A model generated the notes under the pieces. The model worked only from the letters and a program-made list of their open reading frames with translations. It did no database searches and was not told the DNA's origin. The position numbers were made by a program, and so were the translations under genes. Positions 16,014-24,678 of a DNA stretch of 32,000 nucleotides are shown here, one piece after another. The stretch comes from Candidatus Iainarchaeum sp. (lineage in GTDB: Archaea > Iainarchaeota > Iainarchaeia > Iainarchaeales > CSSED10-239). The stretch spans positions 607,465 to 639,464 of the forward strand of contig JBBISB010000001.1 in the NCBI GenBank assembly GCA_037441475.1, given 5' to 3'. Position 1 is the first letter of the stretch, and every line of letters begins with the position of its first letter.

Positions 16014-17468
16014 ATGGAAACTTTTGAAAAGAAAAACATTGTTAAAAACATTGGATGGCTTACTCTTTCAAAGATACTTGTTTATCTTCTATCAATCATA
16101 ACCATAACTGTTGTTCCAAGGTATCTTGGTGTTGAAGCTTATGGTCAACTTAACTTTGTTCTTTCTTTTTTAGGTCTCTTCTATATTTTAACAGACCTTG
16201 GTATTAATACCTTAATCTTTAGGGATGTTTCAAAGGATAAAAATAAGTTAAGTAGTTATTTTAATAATTTCTTATTATTTAAGATTACTTTATTTATTTT
16301 AGTTTCTATAATCATCTTACTTTTAACTTTGGTTTTAAATAAACCTTTAATCGTAAATCAACTTTTCTATCTTTTAATAGCTTATTTGTTTTTAGCAGTT
16401 ATTGCAGATTTCTTAATTGTCTTCTATAACTCAATGCAGGAAAATAAGTTTTATGCTATTTATGAGTTTTCTATGAAGTTTTTTTATGTTTTATTTTTAT
16501 TTATTGCTATTTATTTTAATCTTAGGTTAATAGGGGTTTTCTTAGCTCAGTTATTTTCTTTACTCGTATCTGTTTTAATAATAATTTATTTTTTTAAAAG
16601 GTATATTAAAAAAATAGATTTAAAATATAATCTTAGGTTAATAAAAATAAAGCTATACATCTCTTGGCCATTTGCTTTAAACTATTTGTTTTACAATATA
16701 TATTTTAATTTTGATAAAATATTTATTTCTTTAATAACAAATGATACAAATGTTGGGCTTTACTCTATCAGTTATTCTTTTTTAGGTTTTATAATGGCTG
16801 CTGTTGGTTTAATTTCTTTAGTTTTTTTCCCTGTTCTTTCCAAGCATTCTTTTTCTTCATCTTTACCTAACATTTATAACAAATACTTAAGGTTAGTTTT
16901 ATTAATCTCAGTTCCAATGTCTTTAGGGGCTATCCTTTTATCTAAAGAGATTATCACTCTTGTTTTTGGGGTAAGTTACTTGGGGGGAGACCTTCCTTTT
17001 AAGATAATAATGTTCTTTTGTTTAATATATTCTCTTAACATGACCTTTAATAATTTATTTTCAACCTATGGTTATGAAAAATATTTTTTAAAGCTTCTCT
17101 TTATAGCTACAATTTCAAATGTTGTTTTAAACATTATGATTATTCCTTTTTTAGGTATTGTTGGTGCTGCACTTACCACATTTCTTTCAGAAATAATAAT
17201 ATTAATTGGTTCTCTTATCTTTATTAAAAAAAAGATTCCTGGTCTTAAGATAATAGATAATTTTATCTATCCTCTTTTCTCAGGCCTTCTAATGGTTTTA
17301 GGTATCTTTGTGCTTAAGTTATTTACACCATCTGGTTTTCTTCAAAACAACTATGATGTTTTAATATATGTCTTCTTTGGTGCCATTATATATCTTCTGG
17401 CAATATTTTTGTTTAAGGTTATTAGAAAAGAAGATATTAAAGAAATTTTTTCTCTTATTAAAAAATAA
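16014..17468 (+). CDS. Wzx/RfbX-type oligosaccharide flippase (MOP superfamily polysaccharide biosynthesis protein)
   Basis: The 484-aa protein has about 12-14 TM helices. Its N-terminus KNIGWLTLSKILVYLLSIITITVVPRYLGVEAYGQLNFVLSF is typical of the polysaccharide-biosynthesis flippase family. Confidence 0.8.
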   Translation: METFEKKNIVKNIGWLTLSKILVYLLSIITITVVPRYLGVEAYGQLNFVLSFLGLFYILTDLGINTLIFRDVSKDKNKLSSYFNNFLLFKITLFILVSIIILLLTLVLNKPLIVNQLFYLLIAYLFLAVIADFLIVFYNSMQENKFYAIYEFSMKFFYVLFLFIAIYFNLRLIGVFLAQLFSLLVSVLIIIYFFKRYIKKIDLKYNLRLIKIKLYISWPFALNYLFYNIYFNFDKIFISLITNDTNVGLYSISYSFLGFIMAAVGLISLVFFPVLSKHSFSSSLPNIYNKYLRLVLLISVPMSLGAILLSKEIITLVFGVSYLGGDLPFKIIMFFCLIYSLNMTFNNLFSTYGYEKYFLKLLFIATISNVVLNIMIIPFLGIVGAALTTFLSEIIILIGSLIFIKKKIPGLKIIDNFIYPLFSGLLMVLGIFVLKLFTPSGFLQNNYDVLIYVFFGAIIYLLAIFLFKVIRKEDIKEIFSLIKK

Positions 17469-17474
17469 TTTCTT

Positions 17475-18947
17475 TTACTCAATATTAATAATTAGGTTCG
17501 AACCTACATTTAGTGTTTCATTACTTCTAAAAGGATGTTTGTAACTAACATTTATAGCGCATGCTCTTGTGTTGTTTACAAGGCTCCCAACCAAGGAAGG
17601 GTCAATTGCATTTATTGACATAAGTACTTCTGGATTTGTGTTTCTAATAACCCTATTATTTGCAAGAGCATTCTCTGAAATATAGATAAGGTTATTACAA
17701 TCTTTTCTAGTGACATCAAGATCCACTACTTTAATCTCAATAATCTCAATATCAATTGTGCTTTCATTATCAAGTTTTAAAGTAACATACTCTATGTTTG
17801 TAACATTATTATTAACATCGTAAATAAGCTTAATTGTGCTTTTATTTGTGCTCGCTGTAAAGTTTATGCTTGGTTCTTTAATAGTAAACTTAATAGGAAT
17901 TTCTTTTGCATCTTTAAAAATAGAACTTCTAAAAATAAGTTTTCCTTCTATTAAATCATCAGTTGCTGTTTGAGGCACAACAATAGATACTGGTTTTGTA
18001 ACATTTTTTTTAGCATCAAGTAATATATTTCCTTGAGGATAAGTAAACCATTGATTAACATCTTGATTGCTATTACCACTAACCTCTACTTCCATTGTAA
18101 GGTCTGTTATTGGTAAGCTGTTCTTTGAGTTTCCAATAGTTATTGTAAAGTTTTTACTCTCTCCACTTTTAAGTTCTCCAGAAAGTGTGCCTGTAATAGG
18201 GATGTCTGGTTCTTGTATAATCTCAAATGACTTTGAAGTTTCTTTTTTCTTATACTTAACTCTAACACTTATTTTATTACTTTTTTTACTAGTCTCTTCA
18301 ACAGTATATCTAACATGTATAGTCGATTCTGTTCTAGGAGATAGAACTACTTGTTCTTTACTTATAGGATCTGAATAACTATCAGTGTATGCAAAGTTCC
18401 ATTTTTTAACATCCCCTTCAATTACAAGATCATCTATTGTGTATGCTGTATTTTCAGAGGTATTTCTATAATGAATAATCAATGTTGCTGTTTGTCCTGC
18501 AAATACTTTTTCTGGAAAATTAATTGAATTTATGGTTAAAGGTATGTTCTTTTCAAGAGATACATCTTTTTTAGTTGTTTCTTTAATATTTATTTCTTTT
18601 CCATTTTCAGATGCATATCCAGATGATTGAACAGAATAATAATAATTCCCTTTCTTAATCTTTTCAGTTGTTCCATTTTGTAGATTTAAAACAACTTTTG
18701 TAACCATAGGATCTTTTGCAATCTTTATTACTGAAGGTATTGTTTCTCCTTCTGTGTTTTTAACATTAAAAGTTACATCCACTTTACTTAAAAATAAATA
18801 GTTTGCACCATAGTAAATAGCCAAACCAATCAATATGATTACAAGTACAACTGTTACTAAGTTATTACTCTTTGGTTTACTTTCATTTCCTTTATTATAA
18901 TAATTGGAAGAAGAGCCTCCACCAAAAGGATCAAAATTATTTCCCAT
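17475..18947 (-). CDS. Type-II single-pass surface protein with several beta-sandwich-like modules, unknown function
   Basis: It has a Gly/Asn-rich cytoplasmic tail of about 29 aa (MGNNFDPFGGGSSSNYYNKGNES), one TM (LVTVVLVIILIGLAIYYGANYLF), a carboxypeptidase-regulatory-like first module (VDVTFNVKNTEGETIP...GNYYYSVQSSGYAS), and CARDB-like modules (FPEKVFAGQTATLIIHYRNTSEN; LKSGESKNFTITIGNS). Confidence 0.6.
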   Translation of the reverse strand: MGNNFDPFGGGSSSNYYNKGNESKPKSNNLVTVVLVIILIGLAIYYGANYLFLSKVDVTFNVKNTEGETIPSVIKIAKDPMVTKVVLNLQNGTTEKIKKGNYYYSVQSSGYASENGKEINIKETTKKDVSLEKNIPLTINSINFPEKVFAGQTATLIIHYRNTSENTAYTIDDLVIEGDVKKWNFAYTDSYSDPISKEQVVLSPRTESTIHVRYTVEETSKKSNKISVRVKYKKKETSKSFEIIQEPDIPITGTLSGELKSGESKNFTITIGNSKNSLPITDLTMEVEVSGNSNQDVNQWFTYPQGNILLDAKKNVTKPVSIVVPQTATDDLIEGKLIFRSSIFKDAKEIPIKFTIKEPSINFTASTNKSTIKLIYDVNNNVTNIEYVTLKLDNESTIDIEIIEIKVVDLDVTRKDCNNLIYISENALANNRVIRNTNPEVLMSINAIDPSLVGSLVNNTRACAINVSYKHPFRSNETLNVGSNLIINIE

Positions 18948-19784
18948 TTACTTTATCTCTCCTTTCTTTGATAAAGCGTATCTTGTGCTTAAAAGTTCAT
19001 CTTTTAGCTCTTTAATAAGTTCAAGGGCAATTTTTTCTTTCTCAAGATTACTTTTTTCAACTTCAATAACGTCTGAGGTTAGTTTCTTAATTACTCTATG
19101 CATCTCAGTTATTTCAGTTTCAACTTTTATTAAGTGTACATTTAACATAACTGAGTTCTTTTCATTTATCTTAATTCTTTTTATAAGTTCATTTTCAAGG
19201 TTTGTTATAAGTGATTCTTTGGCCTTTTCCTTAGCTTCTAGCCATTTAAAGTCCTGTACTTTTTTTCTAAGTTCCTTTAAGTTTTCTTCCTTATCCTGTA
19301 TTATCCTTAACAGCTCTTCAATTGATTTCTTTTGGTTTGTCATATCCACATACTTATATTTAATCTTTGTCTTTGACTCTTCAATAAAACCAATAAATAA
19401 AGTTAATTCATTTTTAAGAAGTTCTTCAAGATCATAAAAAATCTGTGGCCTTGTGATTGCTTCCTTAAGGTTTACAAGATCATGGTTTATTTCTTTTTTA
19501 TTAGTCTCTAAAAATATCTGTGAGTTTATCTTGTTTGACATCATTAAGAAGTTTTGATAAAACAAATCCATTTTAGAAACATTCAGTTCAGAGGAATACT
19601 GGATAGCTGTATATTTATTAAGCTCTAAGATCTTTCTTGCCAGTGAATCTGTTTGTGTTTTGATCTCAGATAAATTATCTATAAGTTTTTTTTTTTCAAG
19701 CTTATAAAGAGGGGTTGACATAAGCCTATATATCTCTCTTGAAGCAACTAAGATTTCATCCAAGTATTCTATTATGTTTTTCAT
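18948..19784 (-). CDS. Cytoplasmic coiled-coil protein, unknown function
   Basis: The 278-aa K/E/L-rich sequence looks all-helical and has no TM or signal peptide. Its TAA stop (18948-18950) directly abuts the ATG of the downstream surface-protein gene (18945-18947). Confidence 0.6.
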   Translation of the reverse strand: MKNIIEYLDEILVASREIYRLMSTPLYKLEKKKLIDNLSEIKTQTDSLARKILELNKYTAIQYSSELNVSKMDLFYQNFLMMSNKINSQIFLETNKKEINHDLVNLKEAITRPQIFYDLEELLKNELTLFIGFIEESKTKIKYKYVDMTNQKKSIEELLRIIQDKEENLKELRKKVQDFKWLEAKEKAKESLITNLENELIKRIKINEKNSVMLNVHLIKVETEITEMHRVIKKLTSDVIEVEKSNLEKEKIALELIKELKDELLSTRYALSKKGEIK

Positions 19785-19884
19785 ATTTCTTCATCTATAT
19801 ATAAGTATAAATAATTAATAAATATATCTTTTTTTTAAAACCTTTGGTATATACTTTAGATATAGCTTAATTTATTTAAAAATA

Positions 19885-20523
19885 GTGTTATTTATAAGTG
19901 ATTTAGTAAAACAGATTAATTCTTTAAAGAAAACTGAGGTTAAACAAATAATTGATGAAAAGATATTTATTCTTTCAAAAATAAAAGAAAAGCAAAATAA
20001 GGCCCTCTTTAATGAACTTTCCTTTTGTGTCTTAACTGCAAACTATAATGCAAAGAAAGCCATTGAGATTCAAAAGAAAATAAAAAATAGTTTTTTAACA
20101 CTTTCTCTAAAAGAACTTTCCTCTAAGCTAAAGGATCTTGGTTATAGGTACCCTAACCTTAGGGCAGAGTATATTGTTTATAATAGGAAGTATGTAAACG
20201 ATTTAAAAAAAGTTTTAACAACTTTTAAAGAAAGATTACCTTTAAGAGAGTGGTTTGTTGAAAATATAAAAGGTATCTCTTATAAAGAAGCTTCTCATTT
20301 TTTAAGAAACATAGGTTATAACGATTATGCTATAATTGATTTTCACATAGTTGATGTTTTAATAAAAAATGGTTATTTAAAAGAAAAACCAAAATCTTTA
20401 AACAAACAGAAATATTTAGAGATTGAAAACATCTTAGAAGTAATATCCAAAAAAGTTAAGCTTTCTCAAGGTGAGCTTGACTTCTATTTATGGTATCTTG
20501 AAACAGGAACTATTTTAAAATAA
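19885..20523 (+). CDS. ogg: Archaeal Ogg-type 8-oxoguanine N-glycosylase/DNA lyase (HhH-GPD superfamily)
   Basis: The helix-hairpin-helix region ISYKEASHFLRNIGYNDYAIIDFHIVDVL carries the Lys and Asp expected for this family. At 212 aa the size is typical. It uses a GTG start. Confidence 0.8.
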   Translation: MLFISDLVKQINSLKKTEVKQIIDEKIFILSKIKEKQNKALFNELSFCVLTANYNAKKAIEIQKKIKNSFLTLSLKELSSKLKDLGYRYPNLRAEYIVYNRKYVNDLKKVLTTFKERLPLREWFVENIKGISYKEASHFLRNIGYNDYAIIDFHIVDVLIKNGYLKEKPKSLNKQKYLEIENILEVISKKVKLSQGELDFYLWYLETGTILK

Positions 20524-20527
20524 TTTT

Positions 20528-20836
20528 TTAAAAAGATCCAATTTCTTTTTTAACTTCAAATCTTTTTTGGTATTTTTCTAAAACCTTTTCTAAAGCTTTT
20601 TCAAGATCTATGTTAAGATCATTTGCAAGAGTTATTAATACAAAAAAAACATCTCCAATTTCTGATTCTGTATTTTCTGTTATTTTAAAATCTTTCTTCC
20701 CGTAATTAGTTCCTTTAATAACTTCTTTTGAAAGTTCTCCAACTTCTGAAACTAAATTAAGCATCCTTATTTCAAGTGTGCTTTCAAGATTTTTTTCTTT
20801 ACAAAATTTTTTAACTTTTTCTTGTATATCTTCCAT
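20528..20836 (-). CDS. MazG-like nucleotide pyrophosphohydrolase
   Basis: EVGELSKEV and EIGDVFFVLITLANDLNIDLEKALEKVLEKY match the MazG EExxE/D helix pattern. I place the start at MEDIQEK (ATG 20836) after GGAGTGAGAGG. The track's longer form (20869) would overlap pus10. Confidence 0.8.
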   Translation of the reverse strand: MEDIQEKVKKFCKEKNLESTLEIRMLNLVSEVGELSKEVIKGTNYGKKDFKITENTESEIGDVFFVLITLANDLNIDLEKALEKVLEKYQKRFEVKKEIGSF

Positions 20837-20840
20837 CCTC

Positions 20841-21869
20841 TCACTCCCTATATATCCACACAACATCAAGTTGAGTGCATCTACATTCTTTTCCTATAAT
20901 CTCAGAGATTGAAGGCTTTGTCTTTTCTCCTTCCCCTGAAATAAACTCCTTAACATAAAGTCCAGATTCTGCCTTTAGTTTTAGGTTAAATGTTTTGTCA
21001 TCAATCTTTTCAATCTCTAAAACCTCAGCAATCCTCTCTCTTGTAAGCAATGCCCTTCTTTTCTCAACTCTTTTTGGTGTAACCTGTTTTATCTTAATTT
21101 CTTTTTCTAAAGTAATTTTTTTTAAGTCCTCAGAAGTAATCTCTTCTTCTGTAGAAACAACAGCCTTATAGGCTTTAAAGTTTTTCTTATTTTTAATCTC
21201 TGCAACTTTTTCTTTTATGCAAACTTTTAAAGATGATATTTGTAGTTTTTTTTTTTCATCAACATTTATTTTGTCTTCAATTTCTTTTAAGTCTTTTTCA
21301 GAAATGTTTCTTGTCTTTGGAATTTCCATTTCAAGAACAAACTCACGCCCATTACCGAGCATTAAAACATCAATGTCCTCTCTTCCAGCTCCATGAAACT
21401 TAAAGGTTGAAAAAGAGTATTTTTCTTTAAAGTATTTTTCAATAATATCTTGAATAGAGTAATCTCTTAAAACCCCTTTATGGCTGCAAAAAGAACAACC
21501 TCTTCCCCTACAATTATAACAAAAGTCTATTGTTTGTGGAAGTTCTCTTGAGTGCTTTGTATACACTCCATAAACATAAACTCCACTCACCTTATATTCA
21601 ATTCTCTTGTAATTAAAATCAATGATGATGTCTATGTCTCCAAAAGAAGCTTCTGTTCTTTTCTTTTGCATTGTTCTTTCAATCTCTTTAACTAAATGAT
21701 ATTGAAATTCTTTTTTCAAAAGTAGTTTTTCTTCTTCTGAAACATCGTATGGATAACTAATACCAAGGTTAAAGGTACTAAACTCATATTCCTTTAAGTC
21801 CTTCTTTATAGTCTCTATAAAAAAATCAACTTTAAATCTTTTTTCTGGTATTTCAAAATTAGTTATCAT
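20841..21869 (-). CDS. pus10: tRNA pseudouridine synthase Pus10
   Basis: It has a Cys cluster (CYNCRGRGCSFCSHKG) and the catalytic-core motif HGAGREDIDVLMLGNGREFVLEM (GREDxDVRMLG type). The C-terminal LYVKEFISG is also Pus10-like. Confidence 0.8.
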   Translation of the reverse strand: MITNFEIPEKRFKVDFFIETIKKDLKEYEFSTFNLGISYPYDVSEEEKLLLKKEFQYHLVKEIERTMQKKRTEASFGDIDIIIDFNYKRIEYKVSGVYVYGVYTKHSRELPQTIDFCYNCRGRGCSFCSHKGVLRDYSIQDIIEKYFKEKYSFSTFKFHGAGREDIDVLMLGNGREFVLEMEIPKTRNISEKDLKEIEDKINVDEKKKLQISSLKVCIKEKVAEIKNKKNFKAYKAVVSTEEEITSEDLKKITLEKEIKIKQVTPKRVEKRRALLTRERIAEVLEIEKIDDKTFNLKLKAESGLYVKEFISGEGEKTKPSISEIIGKECRCTQLDVVWIYRE

Positions 21870-21906
21870 ATTTTATCAATGTATTTTTTCTTTAAAAAGA
21901 AAATAG

Positions 21907-21988
21907 TGCAAGGGACAGGATTCGAACCTGCGAAGCACTAAGCACATGGTCCTAAGCCATGCCCCTTTGACCGCTTGGGTACCCCTGC
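21907..21988 (-). tRNA. tRNA-Leu (anticodon UAG), class II; CCA not encoded
   Basis: The reverse complement is GCAGGGG-TA-CCC-AAGCGGTCAAA-GGG-G-CATGG-CTTAGGA-CCATG-TGCTTAGTGCTTC-GCAGG-TTCGAAT-CCTGT-CCCTTGC-A. It has a 7-bp acceptor stem with one G-U pair, anticodon loop C-U-UAG-G-A, a 13-nt variable region, a TTCGAAT T-loop and discriminator A. The variable-arm pairing is weak. Confidence 0.85.
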
Positions 21989-22007
21989 CTATATGTATCT
22001 ATTAAAC

Positions 22008-22025
22008 CAATATATATTTATATTA
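22008..22025. promoter_or_regulatory. Putative shared/bidirectional TATA region for tRNA-Leu (minus) and glyS (plus)
   Basis: caatatatatttatatta lies 20-37 nt upstream of the tRNA 5' end on the minus strand and 32-49 nt upstream of the glyS ATG on the plus strand. Confidence 0.45.
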
Positions 22026-22056
22026 TTTCATTACTAAATATTAATAGTGATAAGCA

Positions 22057-23565
22057 ATGGATAAATTAAGAATAGATAGATTTAATGAAATGATTCAAAC
22101 AAGGTCCTTTTACTTTCCATCAGCAGAAATATATTCAAATAATTTTGCTGGTTTTTATGAGTATGGGCCAATAGGTAATAAGATAAGACTTAACATCATT
22201 AATTTCTGGAGATCAGAGTTTGTTAAAAAAAATAACTTTGATGAAATTTCAGGTTCAATTATCCTTCCAGAACCAGTCTTTCAAGCCTCAGGACATTTAA
22301 AAAACTTTGATGACCCTATAGCCTCTTGTTCAAAAACAAAAAGATCCTATAAGCTTGATAAGTATCTTTCAGAAAAGCTTGGAAAAGAGATACCTGAAGG
22401 TCTATCTATCGACGAGTATCAAAAACTAATAACTGATAACAACATTAAGTCTGAAGATAATGGAGACTTAATAAACATCAAAAGATTCAACCTCATGGCC
22501 TACATCAATGTTGGTGTGCAGGATGGTAATAAAGGTTATTTGAGAGGAGAGTCTTGTCAATCCATCTTCTTAGACTTTCAAAGAATTTATAAGACAGGTA
22601 GAAGTTCTCTTCCTTTAACAATTTCTCAACATGGAAAGGTTTACAGAAACGAGATTTCACCAAGACAAGGTCTTATAAGATGTAGAGAGTTTGAACAACT
22701 TGAAACAGAGATGTTCTTTGATCCTGATAAAATAAACGATTATGATTTATCAAAAATTGAAGATTATAAAATAAGATTTTTACTCTTAAGAGATAATACT
22801 GAAAAAGATTACACTGTAAAAGAAATTACTGAACAAAAAATATCTTTAGGAAACCTTTTAACCTTTTATCTTTATTTAAAACAAAAGTTTTTAGATGATA
22901 TTGGTATTTCTCATGAGAACATTAGGTTTAGAGAGGTTCCTGATGATGATAGGGCCTTTTACTCAAAACAAACCTTTGACTTAGAGGTTAACTCTTCCTT
23001 AGGTTGGATAGAGCTTTTTTCCTTTAACTACAGAACAGACCATGATTTAAAAGCACATGGAGAGGGTTCTAAAAAAGATTTATCTGTCAAAGAAGAAGGT
23101 AAGGTTATAAACCCTCATGTCTTAGAGGTTTCTTCAATTGGTCTTGATAGGCTTTTCTATGTTCTTTTAGAAAACTCTTTTGAGGTTAGAAAAGAGGGTG
23201 AGGAGTTAAGAAACATTTTACATCTTAAACCAAAGCTTTCTCCTTACTTTTGTGGTATCTTACCTTTGGTTAAAAAAGACGGTATCTTAGAGGTTGGAGA
23301 AGATGTTTTGAGAGATATCTTGGACAAGACATATGGTGTTTTTGATGTTTTCTTTGATGAGAAAGGATCTATAGGAAAAAGATATGCTCGTTTAGACGAG
23401 ATTGGTTGTAACTTCTGTATAACCATTGATCATCAAACAAAAGAGGATCAAACAGTAACTATAAGGGATAGAGATTCCTTTGATCAAAAGAGGGTTTCAC
23501 TTAACAATCTTTCCCAAACTTTACTTTCTCTTTATACTGGTAAACTTTCCTTTAAGGATATTTAA
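22057..23565 (+). CDS. glyS: Glycine--tRNA ligase (class II, archaeal/eukaryal alpha2 type)
   Basis: The N-terminus is SFYFPSAEIYSNNFAGFYEYGPIGNKIRLNIINFWRSEF. Motif 2 is VYRNEISPRQGLIRCREFEQLETEMFF. The C-terminal anticodon-binding region is GKRYARLDEIGCNFCITID. Confidence 0.93.
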   Translation: MDKLRIDRFNEMIQTRSFYFPSAEIYSNNFAGFYEYGPIGNKIRLNIINFWRSEFVKKNNFDEISGSIILPEPVFQASGHLKNFDDPIASCSKTKRSYKLDKYLSEKLGKEIPEGLSIDEYQKLITDNNIKSEDNGDLINIKRFNLMAYINVGVQDGNKGYLRGESCQSIFLDFQRIYKTGRSSLPLTISQHGKVYRNEISPRQGLIRCREFEQLETEMFFDPDKINDYDLSKIEDYKIRFLLLRDNTEKDYTVKEITEQKISLGNLLTFYLYLKQKFLDDIGISHENIRFREVPDDDRAFYSKQTFDLEVNSSLGWIELFSFNYRTDHDLKAHGEGSKKDLSVKEEGKVINPHVLEVSSIGLDRLFYVLLENSFEVRKEGEELRNILHLKPKLSPYFCGILPLVKKDGILEVGEDVLRDILDKTYGVFDVFFDEKGSIGKRYARLDEIGCNFCITIDHQTKEDQTVTIRDRDSFDQKRVSLNNLSQTLLSLYTGKLSFKDI

Positions 23566-23567
23566 GT

Positions 23568-23916
23568 ATGTCTTTTAAAAAATATTTTAAAGGAGGGGTC
23601 TTTACCTTCATAGGTTATCTTCTCTCTCCTTTATCTTTCTGGAATGATATTTTTTTAATATCCCAATAGCCTATTTTTTTTCCTGGCTTTTAGCTTTTAT
23701 AATCTCAGGAATATTTTTAGAGAGCATGATCTTCTTTTACTGGTTAACAAACATAGTTGGTTTGTTGATGATGCATTTTGGTATAAAGGGAATGGTAAAA
23801 GAGTCTTCTAAGCTTACAAAAAAGATCTTCTATTTAATGTTTTAATTTCAATAGGGTATACTTTACTAATAGTTATCTTAGTAATCTTTAATGTTTTAAA
23901 ATTACCTGTTTTTTAA
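23568..23916 (+). pseudogene. Small multi-TM membrane-protein gene interrupted by two frameshifts
   Basis: Three consecutive open segments in three frames read as one membrane protein: MSFKKYFKGGVFTFIGYLLSPLSFWNDIF / FNIPIAYFFSWLLAFIISGIFLESMIFFYWLTNIVGLLMMHFGIKGMVKESSKLTKK / LLFNVLISIGYTLLIVILVIFNVLKLPVF. The frame changes map to a T7 run (23650-23656) and an A6 run (23818-23823). Confidence 0.5.
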
Positions 23917-23931
23917 AATAAAAAGAAAGAT

Positions 23932-24495
23932 TTAAATCTTTCCAACTAAATCAAGACCTGGCTTTAATGTTTTTTCTCCAGGATGCCAGTTCATAGGACA
24001 AACTTCTTCATTATTCTCTCTTGTAAACTTAGCTGCTTCTATTTTTCTTAAAAGCTCATGAACTGATCTTCCAATATCGTTGTTATGAAACTCAAAGGCC
24101 TTAACAATACCGTCAGGGTCTATTAAGAATGTTGCTCTAAGAGAGAGTCCTTCTTCCTCAATCAATGTCTCATAAGCTTTACAAACTCTCATAGCAGGGT
24201 CAGCTAGCATAGGAAACTTAATTGGCTTTATTGCCTCTGATGTATCTTTCCACGCCTTGTGTGAAAAAACAGTGTCTGTACTAACAGATATTACTTCTGT
24301 TCCTAATTTTTTAAATTCTTTATAATGTCTTGCAAGCTCTTGAAGCTCTGTTGGGCATATAAAGGTAAAGTCTGCAGGATAGAAGAAAAGAACAACCCAT
24401 TTTCCTTTATACTCTTCTAAACTTATTTTTTTAATCTCGTTATCAACATAAGCATCTTCCTTAAAGTTTGGTGCTGCTTGATTTATTTTTATCAT
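23932..24495 (-). CDS. Typical 2-Cys peroxiredoxin (AhpC/Prx1 type)
   Basis: The peroxidatic Cys lies in FFYPADFTFICPTEL and the resolving Cys in EVCPMNWHPG. Length is 187 aa. Confidence 0.93.
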   Translation of the reverse strand: MIKINQAAPNFKEDAYVDNEIKKISLEEYKGKWVVLFFYPADFTFICPTELQELARHYKEFKKLGTEVISVSTDTVFSHKAWKDTSEAIKPIKFPMLADPAMRVCKAYETLIEEEGLSLRATFLIDPDGIVKAFEFHNNDIGRSVHELLRKIEAAKFTRENNEEVCPMNWHPGEKTLKPGLDLVGKI

Positions 24496-24678
24496 TCTTT
24501 CAACTCCTTTTTATTTTAAATATTTATTTCTTACATCTGTTTATGTAAGCTGTTATTAAAGAAATAGTATATATATTTATGAACAAAAATCTTTATATAA
24601 TATATGTTTTTACAATCATTTGTAAACTTATCTTTAATGTAATATCTCTTTAAAAATCTTTTTAGATAATAAATATCT

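Noticed and set aside
18904-19437. A 177-aa Ser/Phe/Leu-rich ORF antisense to the coiled-coil gene, and a 103-aa ORF at 18067-18378 antisense to the surface-protein gene
   Set aside because: This is the composition expected from reading K/E/N-rich AT-biased coding sequence on the opposite strand. They have no motifs and no ribosome-binding site, and they overlap better-supported genes completely.
20837-20869. A longer start for the MazG-like ORF (MMLCGYIGSER...) that overlaps pus10 by 29 nt
   Set aside because: The internal ATG at 20836 is preceded by a strong GGAGTGAGAGG site and gives the canonical MazG N-terminus. The extension has no homology-like features.
24530-24626. Two perfect 7-bp inverted repeats in the prx/cyclophilin intergenic region, considered as possible operators: CTTACAT-n6-ATGTAAG at 24530-24549 and TTTACAA-n4-TTGTAAA at 24609-24626
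   Set aside because: A rough estimate for this AT-rich composition predicts about one such 7-bp inverted repeat by chance across the window's intergenic DNA. There is no second copy elsewhere and no adjacent regulator gene, so they are noted only.
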